DNA of 64,000 nt, taken from IMG/VR virus record IMGVR_UViG_3300017971_000190, positions 157,680 through 221,679 of that record; one strand, written 5' to 3'. A model generated the notes under the pieces. It saw nothing but the letters and a program-made list of their open reading frames with translations. It was not told where the DNA came from and searched no databases. The position numbers and the translations under genes are program-made. Positions 10,334 to 20,218 of this stretch are shown here, one piece after another; within the stretch, counting starts at the first letter, position 1; each line of letters opens with the position of its first letter.

Positions 10334-10603
10334 TTAGTCTCCGTAAACACCCACCAAACGATACTCGGTTATGGTTACTAAATTACCGTGATAAAGAAGA
10401 TCGTTTTTCCTACCTGTTGGTTCTGCCTCTAAGCCGTAGCCTTGATTTTCACCAAAATAATTTTCATCAAACCAGATCACACTTTGAAGCTCTCTTGCAA
10501 CACTGTAAGGGTCTTCCAATTCATCTTCTTTAACCCAAAAGGTTGTTCCTTCAGATAAACGAGCTTTTGTAGCTGCTACTCTACGGCGTCTTCGTTTTAG
10601 CAT
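10334..10603 (-). CDS. small acidic protein with leader MLKRRRRRVAA
   Basis: AGGAG SD; 89 aa. Confidence 0.75.
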   Translation of the reverse strand: MLKRRRRRVAATKARLSEGTTFWVKEDELEDPYSVARELQSVIWFDENYFGENQGYGLEAEPTGRKNDLLYHGNLVTITEYRLVGVYGD

Positions 10604-10630
10604 TGCTAAATTCTCCTAAAAAGTCGGTTC

Positions 10631-10984
10631 TTATGGCATATCTAAGTACGCCCAACCTTTACTATCAAGTTCGTCTTCTATTTCTTTTTGTGAAAGGATT
10701 AACCCTTCTCTGCTTCCAACATCACGTAGTAGTTGTTTTAAATCCGTTATTGGTTGTTCTCCAGACCACTTAACCTTAAAGTTTTCTTCATCGCCTAAAT
10801 CTGTATGACTAAAAATTGCCGCTATGCCAATAGCATCGTCAATTGCTTCTTGTAGTTGTCTTGAGTTTATCGCTACTATTTCAAATACGTAAGGTTTAGA
10901 TTTATCTTTCGAGGTAAATACTTCTAAATAAGTGTAAACATATGTATATTCAGCAGCCATTCTGCGTCGTCTTCGTCTTAACAT
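10631..10984 (-). CDS. small acidic protein with leader MLRRRRRRMAA
   Basis: AAGGAG SD; 117 aa. Confidence 0.75.
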   Translation of the reverse strand: MLRRRRRRMAAEYTYVYTYLEVFTSKDKSKPYVFEIVAINSRQLQEAIDDAIGIAAIFSHTDLGDEENFKVKWSGEQPITDLKQLLRDVGSREGLILSQKEIEDELDSKGWAYLDMP

Positions 10985-11000
10985 GGCACTGTCTCCTTTG

Positions 11001-11324
11001 TTATTTGTAATAACGATTCCAATAGGTTGTATTATATAGATTAGTGGTAAGCATTGAAACTAAAATATTGCGTAGAGGAGATTTGGCAGACCGTTTTTCT
11101 GGCCAAATGACAGGAATACCAGAAAGAGTCAGTTCTTCTACAATTTGAAACAATTCTTCCATATCAAGTCTGTAAAAAAAATCATCTAGTTGGGTATGAC
11201 TAAGATCCACATGATGATCTGTAAATTCAGTGAACACTTCTAAAAGAGTAGGAGAAGCTTTCAAAATAACATCCGATGCTGCTCCTCTAAAACAGGTATT
11301 TTTGTGTAATCTTCGCCTTAACAT
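11001..11324 (-). CDS. small protein with leader MLRRRLHK..RGAA
   Basis: Start moved to ATG 11324 (AAGGAGG SD). Confidence 0.7.
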   Translation of the reverse strand: MLRRRLHKNTCFRGAASDVILKASPTLLEVFTEFTDHHVDLSHTQLDDFFYRLDMEELFQIVEELTLSGIPVIWPEKRSAKSPLRNILVSMLTTNLYNTTYWNRYYK

Positions 11325-11338
11325 GATTTTACCTCCTT

Positions 11339-11557
11339 TTATCCCTGAGAACACCAAACAGAACCGTTACCGTCTTCATCAGCGTCCATCCAAACCTCAC
11401 CAAAGGCTTCACTGGCTTCAGTTAGCTGTGTGGCTTGAGGTTCAGACCAGTCACCAGCTTCATCTAAAAATTCATCAAACAGGTAACGAAGTTGTGCACT
11501 AGCTTCAAAGGGAGAAACAGCAGCTAATCGTCTTCTACGTCTATGTCGTCTTAGCAT
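11339..11557 (-). CDS. small acidic protein with leader MLRRHRRRRRLAA
   Basis: Start moved to ATG 11557 (AAGGA SD). Confidence 0.7.
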   Translation of the reverse strand: MLRRHRRRRRLAAVSPFEASAQLRYLFDEFLDEAGDWSEPQATQLTEASEAFGEVWMDADEDGNGSVWCSQG

Positions 11558-11598
11558 GACAGTTCCTTTTCTCTCAGCTAATATTACGTTGTTTCGCT

Positions 11599-13203
11599 TT
11601 AACAAGCTACACCCCCTTCACCAGAAGAGTGTCCATAAAGATCCATTTCAAAAGCCTCACTAGCTTCGTACATTTGTCGGTCTAATGGATCTGGCCAATC
11701 ACCATCCATGAAGCCAGCTCCCGTACCTTGGGCGGTCATAGCAAAATCGTGACCTGCATCAGCAGGACTTCCGGCTTCCATAATTGCATCACCAAAATGA
11801 ATCCAAAATTCGGCGCAGTTTTCTTCCATCTGGCTATAACAATCATTATCAATATCATTGGAACCGAAAACAGAATCCATTGGAACACCTTCATCATCGC
11901 CATAAGCAGTACTAACAAATAACAAACCTTCTACGTAAGCATCAAAGAATTCTTTAAAAGCAGCATCTTGTTCTTTACCACGCAAGGAACTAGGTTTCGG
12001 TTTATATCGACCATGCTGCGCTATAATGGCTTTAGTATTGCGGAGCAGTTTTTCGATACGATTTAATTCTTCATCGGATGTATCGTCTTCTAACCCTTGT
12101 GTGTACCTTACTAACCATCTTTCCAAAGTCGATTCTAAAGCATTCAATTCGTCAATAGAAGCTTTAGTTCGTCCAAGATCTTGTGGCCGGTGCGATACTA
12201 ATCTAGAACCAAGAGCATAAACTGGATCGCTCTGTCCACTATGGAACCACAAAATAACTTCGGGATCTAATTGAGTAGAAGTGACAGGAATAAAATAATC
12301 AGAACCTAAATCACCAGCTTTTCGTTTTCGGTCAAAAGGGCGACGGGTACCTTTCCTTTCTTTTTTGGCAACTGGAAAATATCGTTTAGCCCACTTTTCC
12401 AAATCAGCAGCAGAAACTTCTTGAACCACAGCGTAGTCTTTGGTCAGTTTCTTAGCCAAAACTACTTGAGCTTTTTGCATGTAACGGAAAGCAGCCTGAG
12501 CTGTTTTAATACCTTTTCTCCTCAGCTTGCTCACACCACCTGTGACTTTAACCAGATCTTTAATTTCCAATTCGGCTTCTTTAGCCACTTCACCCTTCTT
12601 AAGCCTTACTGGTTTTTTGCTTTTCCAGCGACGAGGACCCTTTTTAAATCCTGCTTCCCCTTCTCCCATAAGGTCTTCAAAACCAACTTCCCCCTCACCT
12701 TCAGCAGGAGCAGCTTCCTCACCTTCAGCAGGTGCTTCCTCCTCTGGTTCAGCTACCGGCTCCTCTTCTACCTCTTCCACTTCTTCTACACCAAAGAGTT
12801 CGTCATCACTTTCAGAAGAATCTTCTTCTGTGCTTTGAATAAATTCAGCAGCAGCACTGCTAGCTAAATCTTCTAAAGAATCACTTATTTCTCCCATACC
12901 CTCTTTCATGACAGACTGAACAACCTCTTTAATGAACTCACCAAAGTGTTTGGCTGCCTCTTCCTTACCTCTTCTTCCTAACTCGTCACCAATTTCTTCA
13001 GTGAGATCGTCAATAGCGGTTTGGAAAATCTCTTTTAGACCGTCTTTAATGGTGAGCACACTATTGCTGTACAACTTAGTACCAGCAGCGTTGAATAGTG
13101 AAGTCAAATCTGGCCCCATGCGGCGTTCCAATTTGCTACTTACGCTACCAGGTTGGGTGCTATCAGCTGCTTTTCTCAAAGTGGTTTTGGTTTTTCGTGC
13201 CAT
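11599..13203 (-). CDS. multi-module putative internal head protein
   Basis: 534 aa; LRKAA, IKTA and RKRKA junctions; Glu-rich linker; C-terminal AGHDFAMTAQGTGAGFMDGDW motif. Confidence 0.6.
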   Translation of the reverse strand: MARKTKTTLRKAADSTQPGSVSSKLERRMGPDLTSLFNAAGTKLYSNSVLTIKDGLKEIFQTAIDDLTEEIGDELGRRGKEEAAKHFGEFIKEVVQSVMKEGMGEISDSLEDLASSAAAEFIQSTEEDSSESDDELFGVEEVEEVEEEPVAEPEEEAPAEGEEAAPAEGEGEVGFEDLMGEGEAGFKKGPRRWKSKKPVRLKKGEVAKEAELEIKDLVKVTGGVSKLRRKGIKTAQAAFRYMQKAQVVLAKKLTKDYAVVQEVSAADLEKWAKRYFPVAKKERKGTRRPFDRKRKAGDLGSDYFIPVTSTQLDPEVILWFHSGQSDPVYALGSRLVSHRPQDLGRTKASIDELNALESTLERWLVRYTQGLEDDTSDEELNRIEKLLRNTKAIIAQHGRYKPKPSSLRGKEQDAAFKEFFDAYVEGLLFVSTAYGDDEGVPMDSVFGSNDIDNDCYSQMEENCAEFWIHFGDAIMEAGSPADAGHDFAMTAQGTGAGFMDGDWPDPLDRQMYEASEAFEMDLYGHSSGEGGVAC

Positions 13204-13233
13204 GATATTGAAGTCCTTTCTGACTTTTGTTTC

Positions 13234-16200
13234 TTAGCTTCTACGGCGACGAGCAAAAACGCCTACGCCGGGAATTTTCAGTTTTGCAGGGGGAATTGTT
13301 TTAGTTTCGTAGCGATTTAAACGAGCTTTACGATTTGAAGCGCTGTAACTGTGCTCAACAGGTTCCACCTCGTCTAAACGCACACCTTGCACTATCTCAT
13401 TGGTTTCTGGATTAAAAAGAACAAGTAAAATACCTTCAGGAGCACCACTTTCAGCATCGGCATCATAATACTGCCAAATATCACCATCATAGTAAAATTG
13501 TTTTCCAACTTCAATACCAGCAATATCTCTTCCATAAGATTTATAGAGGTGTATGTCTTCTTTAACTCTAGCTACATCCTGATCATTTAAAACATGACGA
13601 AGGTAAGGAGCTGCTTTTCTTTTTCTCACCGAAGCAAACCTACCTTCTTCAAACTGTTTCACTAATTTTCTCAGTTCCCCAGTTAAAATAGCGGTAGTTT
13701 CGTGTTTGTCTCCACGACCAATAATACGCGGTTTAACGTTCCAAATAAATTGTTCCAACTCTGGTCCTGGATTACGTTTTAAATCAACACCAATGATCAT
13801 ATCAAAACCACGAGGAAGACGGTTGTTAAATGCTTCTCCGTAAACAACGTCGTCCATGGCTTCTAAAAAATAAGCCCAGCCACGTTTGTACTCTGTATTG
13901 TAGTGGTTTAAAATCTTCTCGGCTAAGTCATAGTAGTAATCAGCCTGTTTAATTCTAGTCTTACCTGTGGTGGGAGGCAATTTGTAGAGAGGTTTAGATT
14001 TTAGGCCAAACTCGGGATCAATATCAATGCGTTTACTGGCAAAGGTGTCTGATGCTATAGCTTCAGCTACCTCAAAAGTGGGAAGATTATCCCAAGCATT
14101 GCCATTATAAGTTTCGGTAAACATTTCGCTACCTGCTTCTTCTCCATGCTCTTCTACCAATTCATCATAGTGTTCTCTATAATGCTCAAAATTCCACATT
14201 TCTAAAGTTTCAAAAGCTTGCTGAATACAACTTTCAGCACTTTCATAACTGTCCACTACTACAGCTGCAGCGGGATTAAATCCGCTACCATCGTGAACAA
14301 TGGCTACGTTGACAGTTTCAGAATCGGGATCAAGATAACCTTCTCCGTCTACCACTGAAACCCCTTTTAACATGGACTTAAATTGTTCTAGATCACCCCT
14401 AGCTGTACGTTTTCTAGTTTTAGCCGTTGCAGCAAAAACTCCCGGAAAAAGCCTTCTAGCACGGTCGTTATCCATTACACTAATGTGCCAGGAACCATGG
14501 TCTGGAAGACGCGACGTACTCCACGGTGCGTTCTTTTCATGACTAAGAGCGTCTTCAGCCCAAACACTGACAGTAGGCCCTTGAAGAAAAACAGCGTAGT
14601 CGCCACGAGTGGTCACTTTACCAGGAAATTGGCTGAAAATGCGTTTCAAAAGGGGGATGGGATCTCGTCCGTCATCCCAGGCAAAATCTACACGGTAAGT
14701 ACCGTACTGAGGACCGTCAAAATAAGCCCTTACAGGTTGAGGACCACTGAGGTGACTAACACCTCTAAAATCAAAATCGTTGAGATCAGCTGCAATTTGA
14801 TCAGCTGTGGTTCTAATTTCTTCCAGGTTAGCTTGGCGTTTACGGTATCTCATTGATTTACCCTTTGTCAAGAGTGGGTTTTTAGACCCCACACTCATTG
14901 TGTCTTCGAGGAAGATGGTTACCCAATTTTTAAATAAATCTAGTTCAGAATATCTTTCGTTTTCTAGTTTATCATTGCGTAGGCTACTATCTTTGGGATC
15001 CCAAAACCAACCTGTACCATCATTAAGAAGATACCCTTCTACAGCCGTTCCTACGTTGACAGCAATTTTGTTTGAATCAACTTGCTGAAACTTAACAGTT
15101 GGATATTCTATTTCTTGGAAACGTTTTACCAATTCCTTAGTCATTTCGTCTCTTGGTTTAATAGGAACAATATCAGTCTTAACTCCGCTTTCTCTAGCAG
15201 CGTCGTAGACAGCAGAGTCAAAGTGGGAGAGTTCTTCCTCACTTAAAAATTCTCCATCACTACGTTCAATAAGTGCAGTGGTAATAAACATTTTAGAAGA
15301 GCTGCTATCAAATAATACTAAAGAATCGTCAACAACTTGAGTTTCATATGGCTTACTCCAACCGACGTTAGGCTCAGTGACTAGAGGCATGGAAGCTATG
15401 GCAAAGTCAACAGCAGCTGGAAAAGAGGAAAAAGTCTGCTTGTCTTTTTGCCCCTCTTGCTCAACTCTGTATTTGTCTTCAGACCATTGGGTATAAGTAA
15501 CAGTTACGGTGTAAGTAGGCTCATAGTCACTTTTCCTAATTTTCATGTTGCCCAACCTTTTGTAATCTGAGGGCTCAAAAACCCGTTCTCCGGTTTTGTC
15601 CGGAAGTAAACTAGAGTACCACTCTGGCTCTAGTTTGTACATGCGACCCTTACTGGTTTTTAAATTTCTAGCAATTGGTACACTGCGTACAATAGGATTG
15701 GTAGTAATAAAGTATTCTAATTTAATAGGAGTTTTTCTACTAAATGAAGTATATTCCATGCGACCGTTAAAACGGTCTAAATCTTCTTGAGCACCATAAG
15801 AGCGACAAACTAAAATCCAAGTACCATCTTTAATAATGACATTTACTGCTTTATTTAATGGTTTACCCGCATCCATGGTTTGTTTGCCAATGTCTTCACT
15901 AAGGGGTACATCTAAACCAAGACCGCGAAGTCTTTTTACTTCAGAACGGAAGTGGGCACCATGTTGATCTCGTTCCCACCTATCTTCTCCACTTTGCATG
16001 AACTTAACGTGTATTAATTCATGCCCTAAAATGCCAAGAAATGTCTCTCTGTCTAAATCGTAACGGTTGCTAATTTCCAGGCTCGTAACTTTGGTTTCTC
16101 CAGTGTTACGATTACGTCTTCCTTTTACTAAACCGTACTGGCGGTAGAACCGACCGTACTTGAAATGGAAACTTAAACTGAGTTCACCATTAAAGTACTT

Positions 16201-16326
16201 ACGGTTCAGCTCTTCAGCTTCTCTTTTTAAATTGAAGCGTTCCCAGTCTTTTTTAGCGTAGCGGTTAAACACTTGCTTAGAACTTTTTACGAGGTAACGG
16301 TACTTCCAGCTCACCACCAGAGGCAA
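13234..16326 (-). CDS. large modular protein with N-terminal SprT-like zinc metalloprotease domain
   Basis: GHELIH (HExxH) followed by QHGAHF, typical of SprT; junctions RKRQA, RKRTA, IKQA, RKRKAA; exact start uncertain. Confidence 0.7.
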   Translation of the reverse strand: MPLVVSWKYRYLVKSSKQVFNRYAKKDWERFNLKREAEELNRKYFNGELSLSFHFKYGRFYRQYGLVKGRRNRNTGETKVTSLEISNRYDLDRETFLGILGHELIHVKFMQSGEDRWERDQHGAHFRSEVKRLRGLGLDVPLSEDIGKQTMDAGKPLNKAVNVIIKDGTWILVCRSYGAQEDLDRFNGRMEYTSFSRKTPIKLEYFITTNPIVRSVPIARNLKTSKGRMYKLEPEWYSSLLPDKTGERVFEPSDYKRLGNMKIRKSDYEPTYTVTVTYTQWSEDKYRVEQEGQKDKQTFSSFPAAVDFAIASMPLVTEPNVGWSKPYETQVVDDSLVLFDSSSSKMFITTALIERSDGEFLSEEELSHFDSAVYDAARESGVKTDIVPIKPRDEMTKELVKRFQEIEYPTVKFQQVDSNKIAVNVGTAVEGYLLNDGTGWFWDPKDSSLRNDKLENERYSELDLFKNWVTIFLEDTMSVGSKNPLLTKGKSMRYRKRQANLEEIRTTADQIAADLNDFDFRGVSHLSGPQPVRAYFDGPQYGTYRVDFAWDDGRDPIPLLKRIFSQFPGKVTTRGDYAVFLQGPTVSVWAEDALSHEKNAPWSTSRLPDHGSWHISVMDNDRARRLFPGVFAATAKTRKRTARGDLEQFKSMLKGVSVVDGEGYLDPDSETVNVAIVHDGSGFNPAAAVVVDSYESAESCIQQAFETLEMWNFEHYREHYDELVEEHGEEAGSEMFTETYNGNAWDNLPTFEVAEAIASDTFASKRIDIDPEFGLKSKPLYKLPPTTGKTRIKQADYYYDLAEKILNHYNTEYKRGWAYFLEAMDDVVYGEAFNNRLPRGFDMIIGVDLKRNPGPELEQFIWNVKPRIIGRGDKHETTAILTGELRKLVKQFEEGRFASVRKRKAAPYLRHVLNDQDVARVKEDIHLYKSYGRDIAGIEVGKQFYYDGDIWQYYDADAESGAPEGILLVLFNPETNEIVQGVRLDEVEPVEHSYSASNRKARLNRYETKTIPPAKLKIPGVGVFARRRRS

Positions 16327-16537
16327 TGGCTTTAAGTAGGTCTTCTACGTGTTTAACACCTTCTGAAAATTCCCATTTCATTCCTTCAAGAGTATCAACT
16401 ATAGCCTTCTTTCTTCCTAATTTTAAATTCTCTGCAAGGGCTTCTACATGCCAGTCTAAACTCTCCATTACGTCGTCAAGATTTTCTAACAGATCTTTGG
16501 TACTGTAAACTTCAACGTTGTTTTTAAAGTAAGGCAT
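16277..16537 (-). CDS. hypothetical protein
   Basis: 86 aa, AAGGA SD. Confidence 0.65.
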   Translation of the reverse strand: MPYFKNNVEVYSTKDLLENLDDVMESLDWHVEALAENLKLGRKKAIVDTLEGMKWEFSEGVKHVEDLLKAIASGGELEVPLPRKKF

Positions 16538-16569
16538 TGTTGTTGTCCTTTTTGTGGCGTTTAAACAAA

Positions 16570-17421
16570 TTAACCGTGGATATAGCTACTTAAACTTGTA
16601 ACATTTGCTTGGTCATTATTAGAAATTGCCGAATCCTCTATAAAATAGAGATCTCTTAAAATCTCCCAAACTATATAGTCACCAATAACTTGTCCTTTAC
16701 CTTCTCCATTAGCTACATGTTCGCAGGTAACGCGCCCATCACTGATATAGCCACAATCTGGGAGACTACATTCTGTCTTCTCTACAAGACATCCCATACT
16801 ATGACCAATTATTTCTCGTTTTTCTATTCGCTTAGCTAATTTAGAATCTTTGCTACGATCAAATCCTTTGAGTAACTTAACATGCGGTCTGCCCATAAAA
16901 GGAACCATAACAGCATCAAAAATAGCGCCTTTAGCTTTAGTTGGATCTTGATTATCATGATCCTGATGCGCTGGTTTACCAATAAAAGTTTGGTAGGTCA
17001 TTCTACTCATAGGTATTTTCCACTTTAACATTTCGTCCATGGTAAATCCATCCATATTTCTATTTGGGTACCCAATAACAAGTGCGGGAGACTCTGTTAT
17101 AATATAATCTGAGATTGATGGACTACAATCATAAGCTTCACTAGCACTCTTCAACCAACTAATATCCAGAGTATCGCAGCTGCAATTTTTTAAATCTGCC
17201 CCAGCAACACGCAATTTTCCACGGGGGTCTTTAAATTGCTCCAGTTTATGCCCTTCGATAATGAGAGGTTCAGGTACGTAAATCTGATTACGGGCATCGT
17301 ACCGTTCTGCCACATAAGCATCTCCCCGAACTACCATTCCTTCATAGTTGCCATCTTTATCGTAACTGGCATAGTGACCATCAACACGGGGTAGGCTTAC
17401 ATGACCGTTAATGTGAGGCAT
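16570..17421 (-). CDS. prohead (maturation) protease
   Basis: NRNMDGF, GKPAHQDH (catalytic His region), SMGC (catalytic Ser), followed by CSxxxCG/CEH; located in the head module. Confidence 0.8.
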   Translation of the reverse strand: MPHINGHVSLPRVDGHYASYDKDGNYEGMVVRGDAYVAERYDARNQIYVPEPLIIEGHKLEQFKDPRGKLRVAGADLKNCSCDTLDISWLKSASEAYDCSPSISDYIITESPALVIGYPNRNMDGFTMDEMLKWKIPMSRMTYQTFIGKPAHQDHDNQDPTKAKGAIFDAVMVPFMGRPHVKLLKGFDRSKDSKLAKRIEKREIIGHSMGCLVEKTECSLPDCGYISDGRVTCEHVANGEGKGQVIGDYIVWEILRDLYFIEDSAISNNDQANVTSLSSYIHG

Positions 17422-17444
17422 GAAACTTTTCCTTTTAAACCGAA

Positions 17445-17486
17445 CCGGTTGGGGTGAAGCGTTTTTGTTTTCTTCACCCCAACCGG
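17445..17486. terminator. 15-bp perfect inverted repeat, 12-nt loop
   Basis: ccggttggggtgaag / cttcaccccaaccgg between the scaffold-like and protease genes. Confidence 0.6.
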
Positions 17487-17531
17487 ATTTTTAACTGTCT
17501 ACTAATTACTGATTAAAGAAGGCTGGTTTGG

Positions 17532-19370
17532 TTACTTACCCGTTTTACGTTTAAACGCATCGTAACCAACGGTAAGGGCGCTAGCAGTGCGATTAGAAAG
17601 ACGACCCTTCATACGCTGACGCCAGTAATTGGGATCCCACTTCCTACCGCTAGCAGTACGTTCTTCTGTTTCATCAACAACAGGAGTACCATGACCTGTG
17701 GTAATGGGAACAGAGCGGGGCATTTGCCTGTTTTGCTGGACGGAGGCGGCAACGGGAATTGCTTCTTCCTCAGCAGCGTAGCCGGGGTGACGCCATTCCA
17801 TGCTAGCGATTTCAGCAGTGTGGTGAGCCATTACGTCTTGAGGTGCACCTAACAGCTCATCAGCTTTGTTAATAAGCATTTCGAGGTAGGAAGCCCCACT
17901 CTTACGGAAAGCGCCTTCTATTTTATTAACACACGTATTGGTGTCAATACCAAGGCTGTTAAACTGGTTAACGAGAGCTTCTTTAAGAGCATTCTCACCC
18001 CAATAATTCTTAACAGAGCCTTCAGCGACAACAGCCATGATATTCATGAACTCGTCTTTGAGGTCTGCCAGGGTAGCACGGCGCTCAGCTTGAATTTCTT
18101 CAGCTAACTGAGCCCTAACCTCAGAAGCAATCTCGTTTTCGTAAGCAGCTGTGGCATAGAAACGAGCGTTTACACTTTTAAGAGTCTCCTCAACACCAAA
18201 CGTAGTAAAGCCTTCTTTAATGCGGTCAATGTAGCTCGGTTTGAAGAATAGACCCTTAAACTCATTAGTAAGGTCAGTGTCAGAAAGGTGAATTTCTGCT
18301 ACCGGATGACCCATAGCGAAAATAGCGTAGAGGGGGTCCTCTTTGAACAATTCGTAATTCTCGTCTTCAGGATTAACCCCAAAAGGAATGAAATCGAAAC
18401 GAGCATTTTTAAGAGATTTTAAGTCACGTGTATTGTACACTCTCTCCATAAGAGGTTTACCAGCTTCTGTAGGACCACAACCCTCTTCGTCTTCAGCTCC
18501 ACATTCTTTAGAAGAAGCTGTTTCACCCTCGCTCTCTTCTTCTCCCTCTTCGCCTTCTTTGCCCTCTTCTTCCTTTTCTTCTTCCTCTTCTTCTTCATCT
18601 TCCTCTTCACCATCTTCAACAGGAACACACTTCATTTCCTGTCCCTCAGGGCAGCCACCTTCTTCCTCTTCACCTTCCATACCCTCTTCTTCTTCAAGTT
18701 CGAGGCCCTCTAAATCTAAATCATCTAGATTTAGATCTTCAAACTCGAATCCCATTTCCTCAGCAGGCTCGTCTTCATCTTCTTCCGCTTTGCGACGGCG
18801 GTCAAAAATGGGATGACGAGGTTTGTCTTCACTAAAACGACGGCGACGGCGACGAGAGAAAGGACTCTCATCATCTTCCTGTGCACGGCGACGGCGACGA
18901 GGAGAACGTAAGTCCTCATCATCGAGATACAGGTTTTCAGAGGTCCGACTACGACGACGAGGAGGCGTTGGAAGCCGATCTGCTAAACGGGAGCGGCGAG
19001 TTCTACGTTTTCTAAGACTCATGGTTCTTTTTCCTTTACCGGCAAAATTTGCGGTAGGTTGATTTATTGCTTGCTCGTCAATCAACTCTTCACTAAGAGA
19101 ACCTGGTGAGGTTTTTTCATTAAGTAAGAGTCGATAAGCTTTTGGGTGTTTGAATTTAAGCATCTGCAATATTACGTCTGCACGTTCGGGATCTACTGCA
19201 GATACCTCTTTAATGAATTCTTTAAGGTCTAAGATAGCTAAATCTTCGGCTAGTTGATCACATTTTCGCCAAAGCTTGTTATCATCAACCTTTAAATGTG
19301 GTGACGGTGCTCTCGCACGGGGAGGTGGTATTTCACCTACCCTCTTTCTAATTTTCCTTTTTCTCGACAT
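17532..19370 (-). CDS. capsid scaffolding/core-like protein
   Basis: Arg-repeat block, long Glu tract and helical C-terminal region; lies between portal and protease; start moved to ATG 19370 (AGGAG SD). Confidence 0.55.
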   Translation of the reverse strand: MSRKRKIRKRVGEIPPPRARAPSPHLKVDDNKLWRKCDQLAEDLAILDLKEFIKEVSAVDPERADVILQMLKFKHPKAYRLLLNEKTSPGSLSEELIDEQAINQPTANFAGKGKRTMSLRKRRTRRSRLADRLPTPPRRRSRTSENLYLDDEDLRSPRRRRRAQEDDESPFSRRRRRRFSEDKPRHPIFDRRRKAEEDEDEPAEEMGFEFEDLNLDDLDLEGLELEEEEGMEGEEEEGGCPEGQEMKCVPVEDGEEEDEEEEEEEKEEEGKEGEEGEEESEGETASSKECGAEDEEGCGPTEAGKPLMERVYNTRDLKSLKNARFDFIPFGVNPEDENYELFKEDPLYAIFAMGHPVAEIHLSDTDLTNEFKGLFFKPSYIDRIKEGFTTFGVEETLKSVNARFYATAAYENEIASEVRAQLAEEIQAERRATLADLKDEFMNIMAVVAEGSVKNYWGENALKEALVNQFNSLGIDTNTCVNKIEGAFRKSGASYLEMLINKADELLGAPQDVMAHHTAEIASMEWRHPGYAAEEEAIPVAASVQQNRQMPRSVPITTGHGTPVVDETEERTASGRKWDPNYWRQRMKGRLSNRTASALTVGYDAFKRKTGK

Positions 19371-19452
19371 AGATTTGTCTTCTCCTAATGTTGTGAACAA
19401 CTTTCAGGTCGGCATGTTGGTTGGTAATTAGTGGGCCTTCCTGAAACTACTG

Positions 19453-19650
19453 TTATAGTAAAACTCCCAATTGTTTGAGAGCATTTCTTATTTTGTAATA
19501 AGGGCTATCAGCAAGTAATTTTTTTCGAGCTACATCTATTTTTTCATTGGTTGCTAAAACATGGAGAATTTCTGCTTGTTCTCCAATAAAATCCCAAAGG
19601 CGATCTTCTGTCGTCTTTGCTGTTACTTTTTTAACTCTTCGTACTCTCAC
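19453..19650 (-). CDS. small protein with KKVTA leader
   Basis: 65 aa, GTG start. Confidence 0.55.
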   Translation of the reverse strand: MRVRRVKKVTAKTTEDRLWDFIGEQAEILHVLATNEKIDVARKKLLADSPYYKIRNALKQLGVLL

Positions 19651-19656
19651 TACAGT

Positions 19657-20085
19657 CTACTTTCTCAAGTTTTTAACGAGGTAGTTCATCAAATCTGAAA
19701 GGGTTTGAAAACTCTCTTCTCCAGCACTTTTTCTGGCACCTCTAGTCCAACTACAACTGATAGGGAAATTGCAGCTACCAGCAGCTGATAAATTCACAAC
19801 AGCTTTGTTACTTGTTGTAGAACTGAGTTGAAGATGTATAGCAAAAGAGTTAGTACCAACAGAAGATACATAGACGTTTTTAGCATGCAACCGTTTTTTA
19901 AGCTCTTCGCCAATAAGACTAAACGCTTGAGCACATGTAGCTACTTCATAACAAGAAAAAGCATCCAGTATGGTACCAGTACCCGTATTTTTTCTATTGC
20001 AACAATTTCCAAGAATATTGTATGCTGCCCCTATATTTCCTGCTTGTCCAGGCAATAGACGAGACCAACCACAACCAGTAGACAC
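19657..20085 (-). CDS. Cys-rich hypothetical protein
   Basis: 142 aa; GTG start with GGAG SD. Confidence 0.65.
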   Translation of the reverse strand: MSTGCGWSRLLPGQAGNIGAAYNILGNCCNRKNTGTGTILDAFSCYEVATCAQAFSLIGEELKKRLHAKNVYVSSVGTNSFAIHLQLSSTTSNKAVVNLSAAGSCNFPISCSWTRGARKSAGEESFQTLSDLMNYLVKNLRK

Positions 20086-20218
20086 GTGCGTTCTCCAGGC
20101 TAAAGGTACAGATTCACCCTGTTTAGGGTCAAATCACACTAAAATTACCTTCTCCATAGAAGATAAATTGGTTTTACAATTTTTGAGGAAGGAAAAGGAG
20201 GGAAAAGGAATGAAGGAA

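Noticed and set aside
8186-11557. Arg leaders as Tat (twin-arginine) export signals
   Set aside because: No hydrophobic h-region or SRRxFLK consensus follows the arginines.
18920-18945. TEV-like site ENLYL in the scaffold
   Set aside because: Single imperfect match; most likely coincidence.
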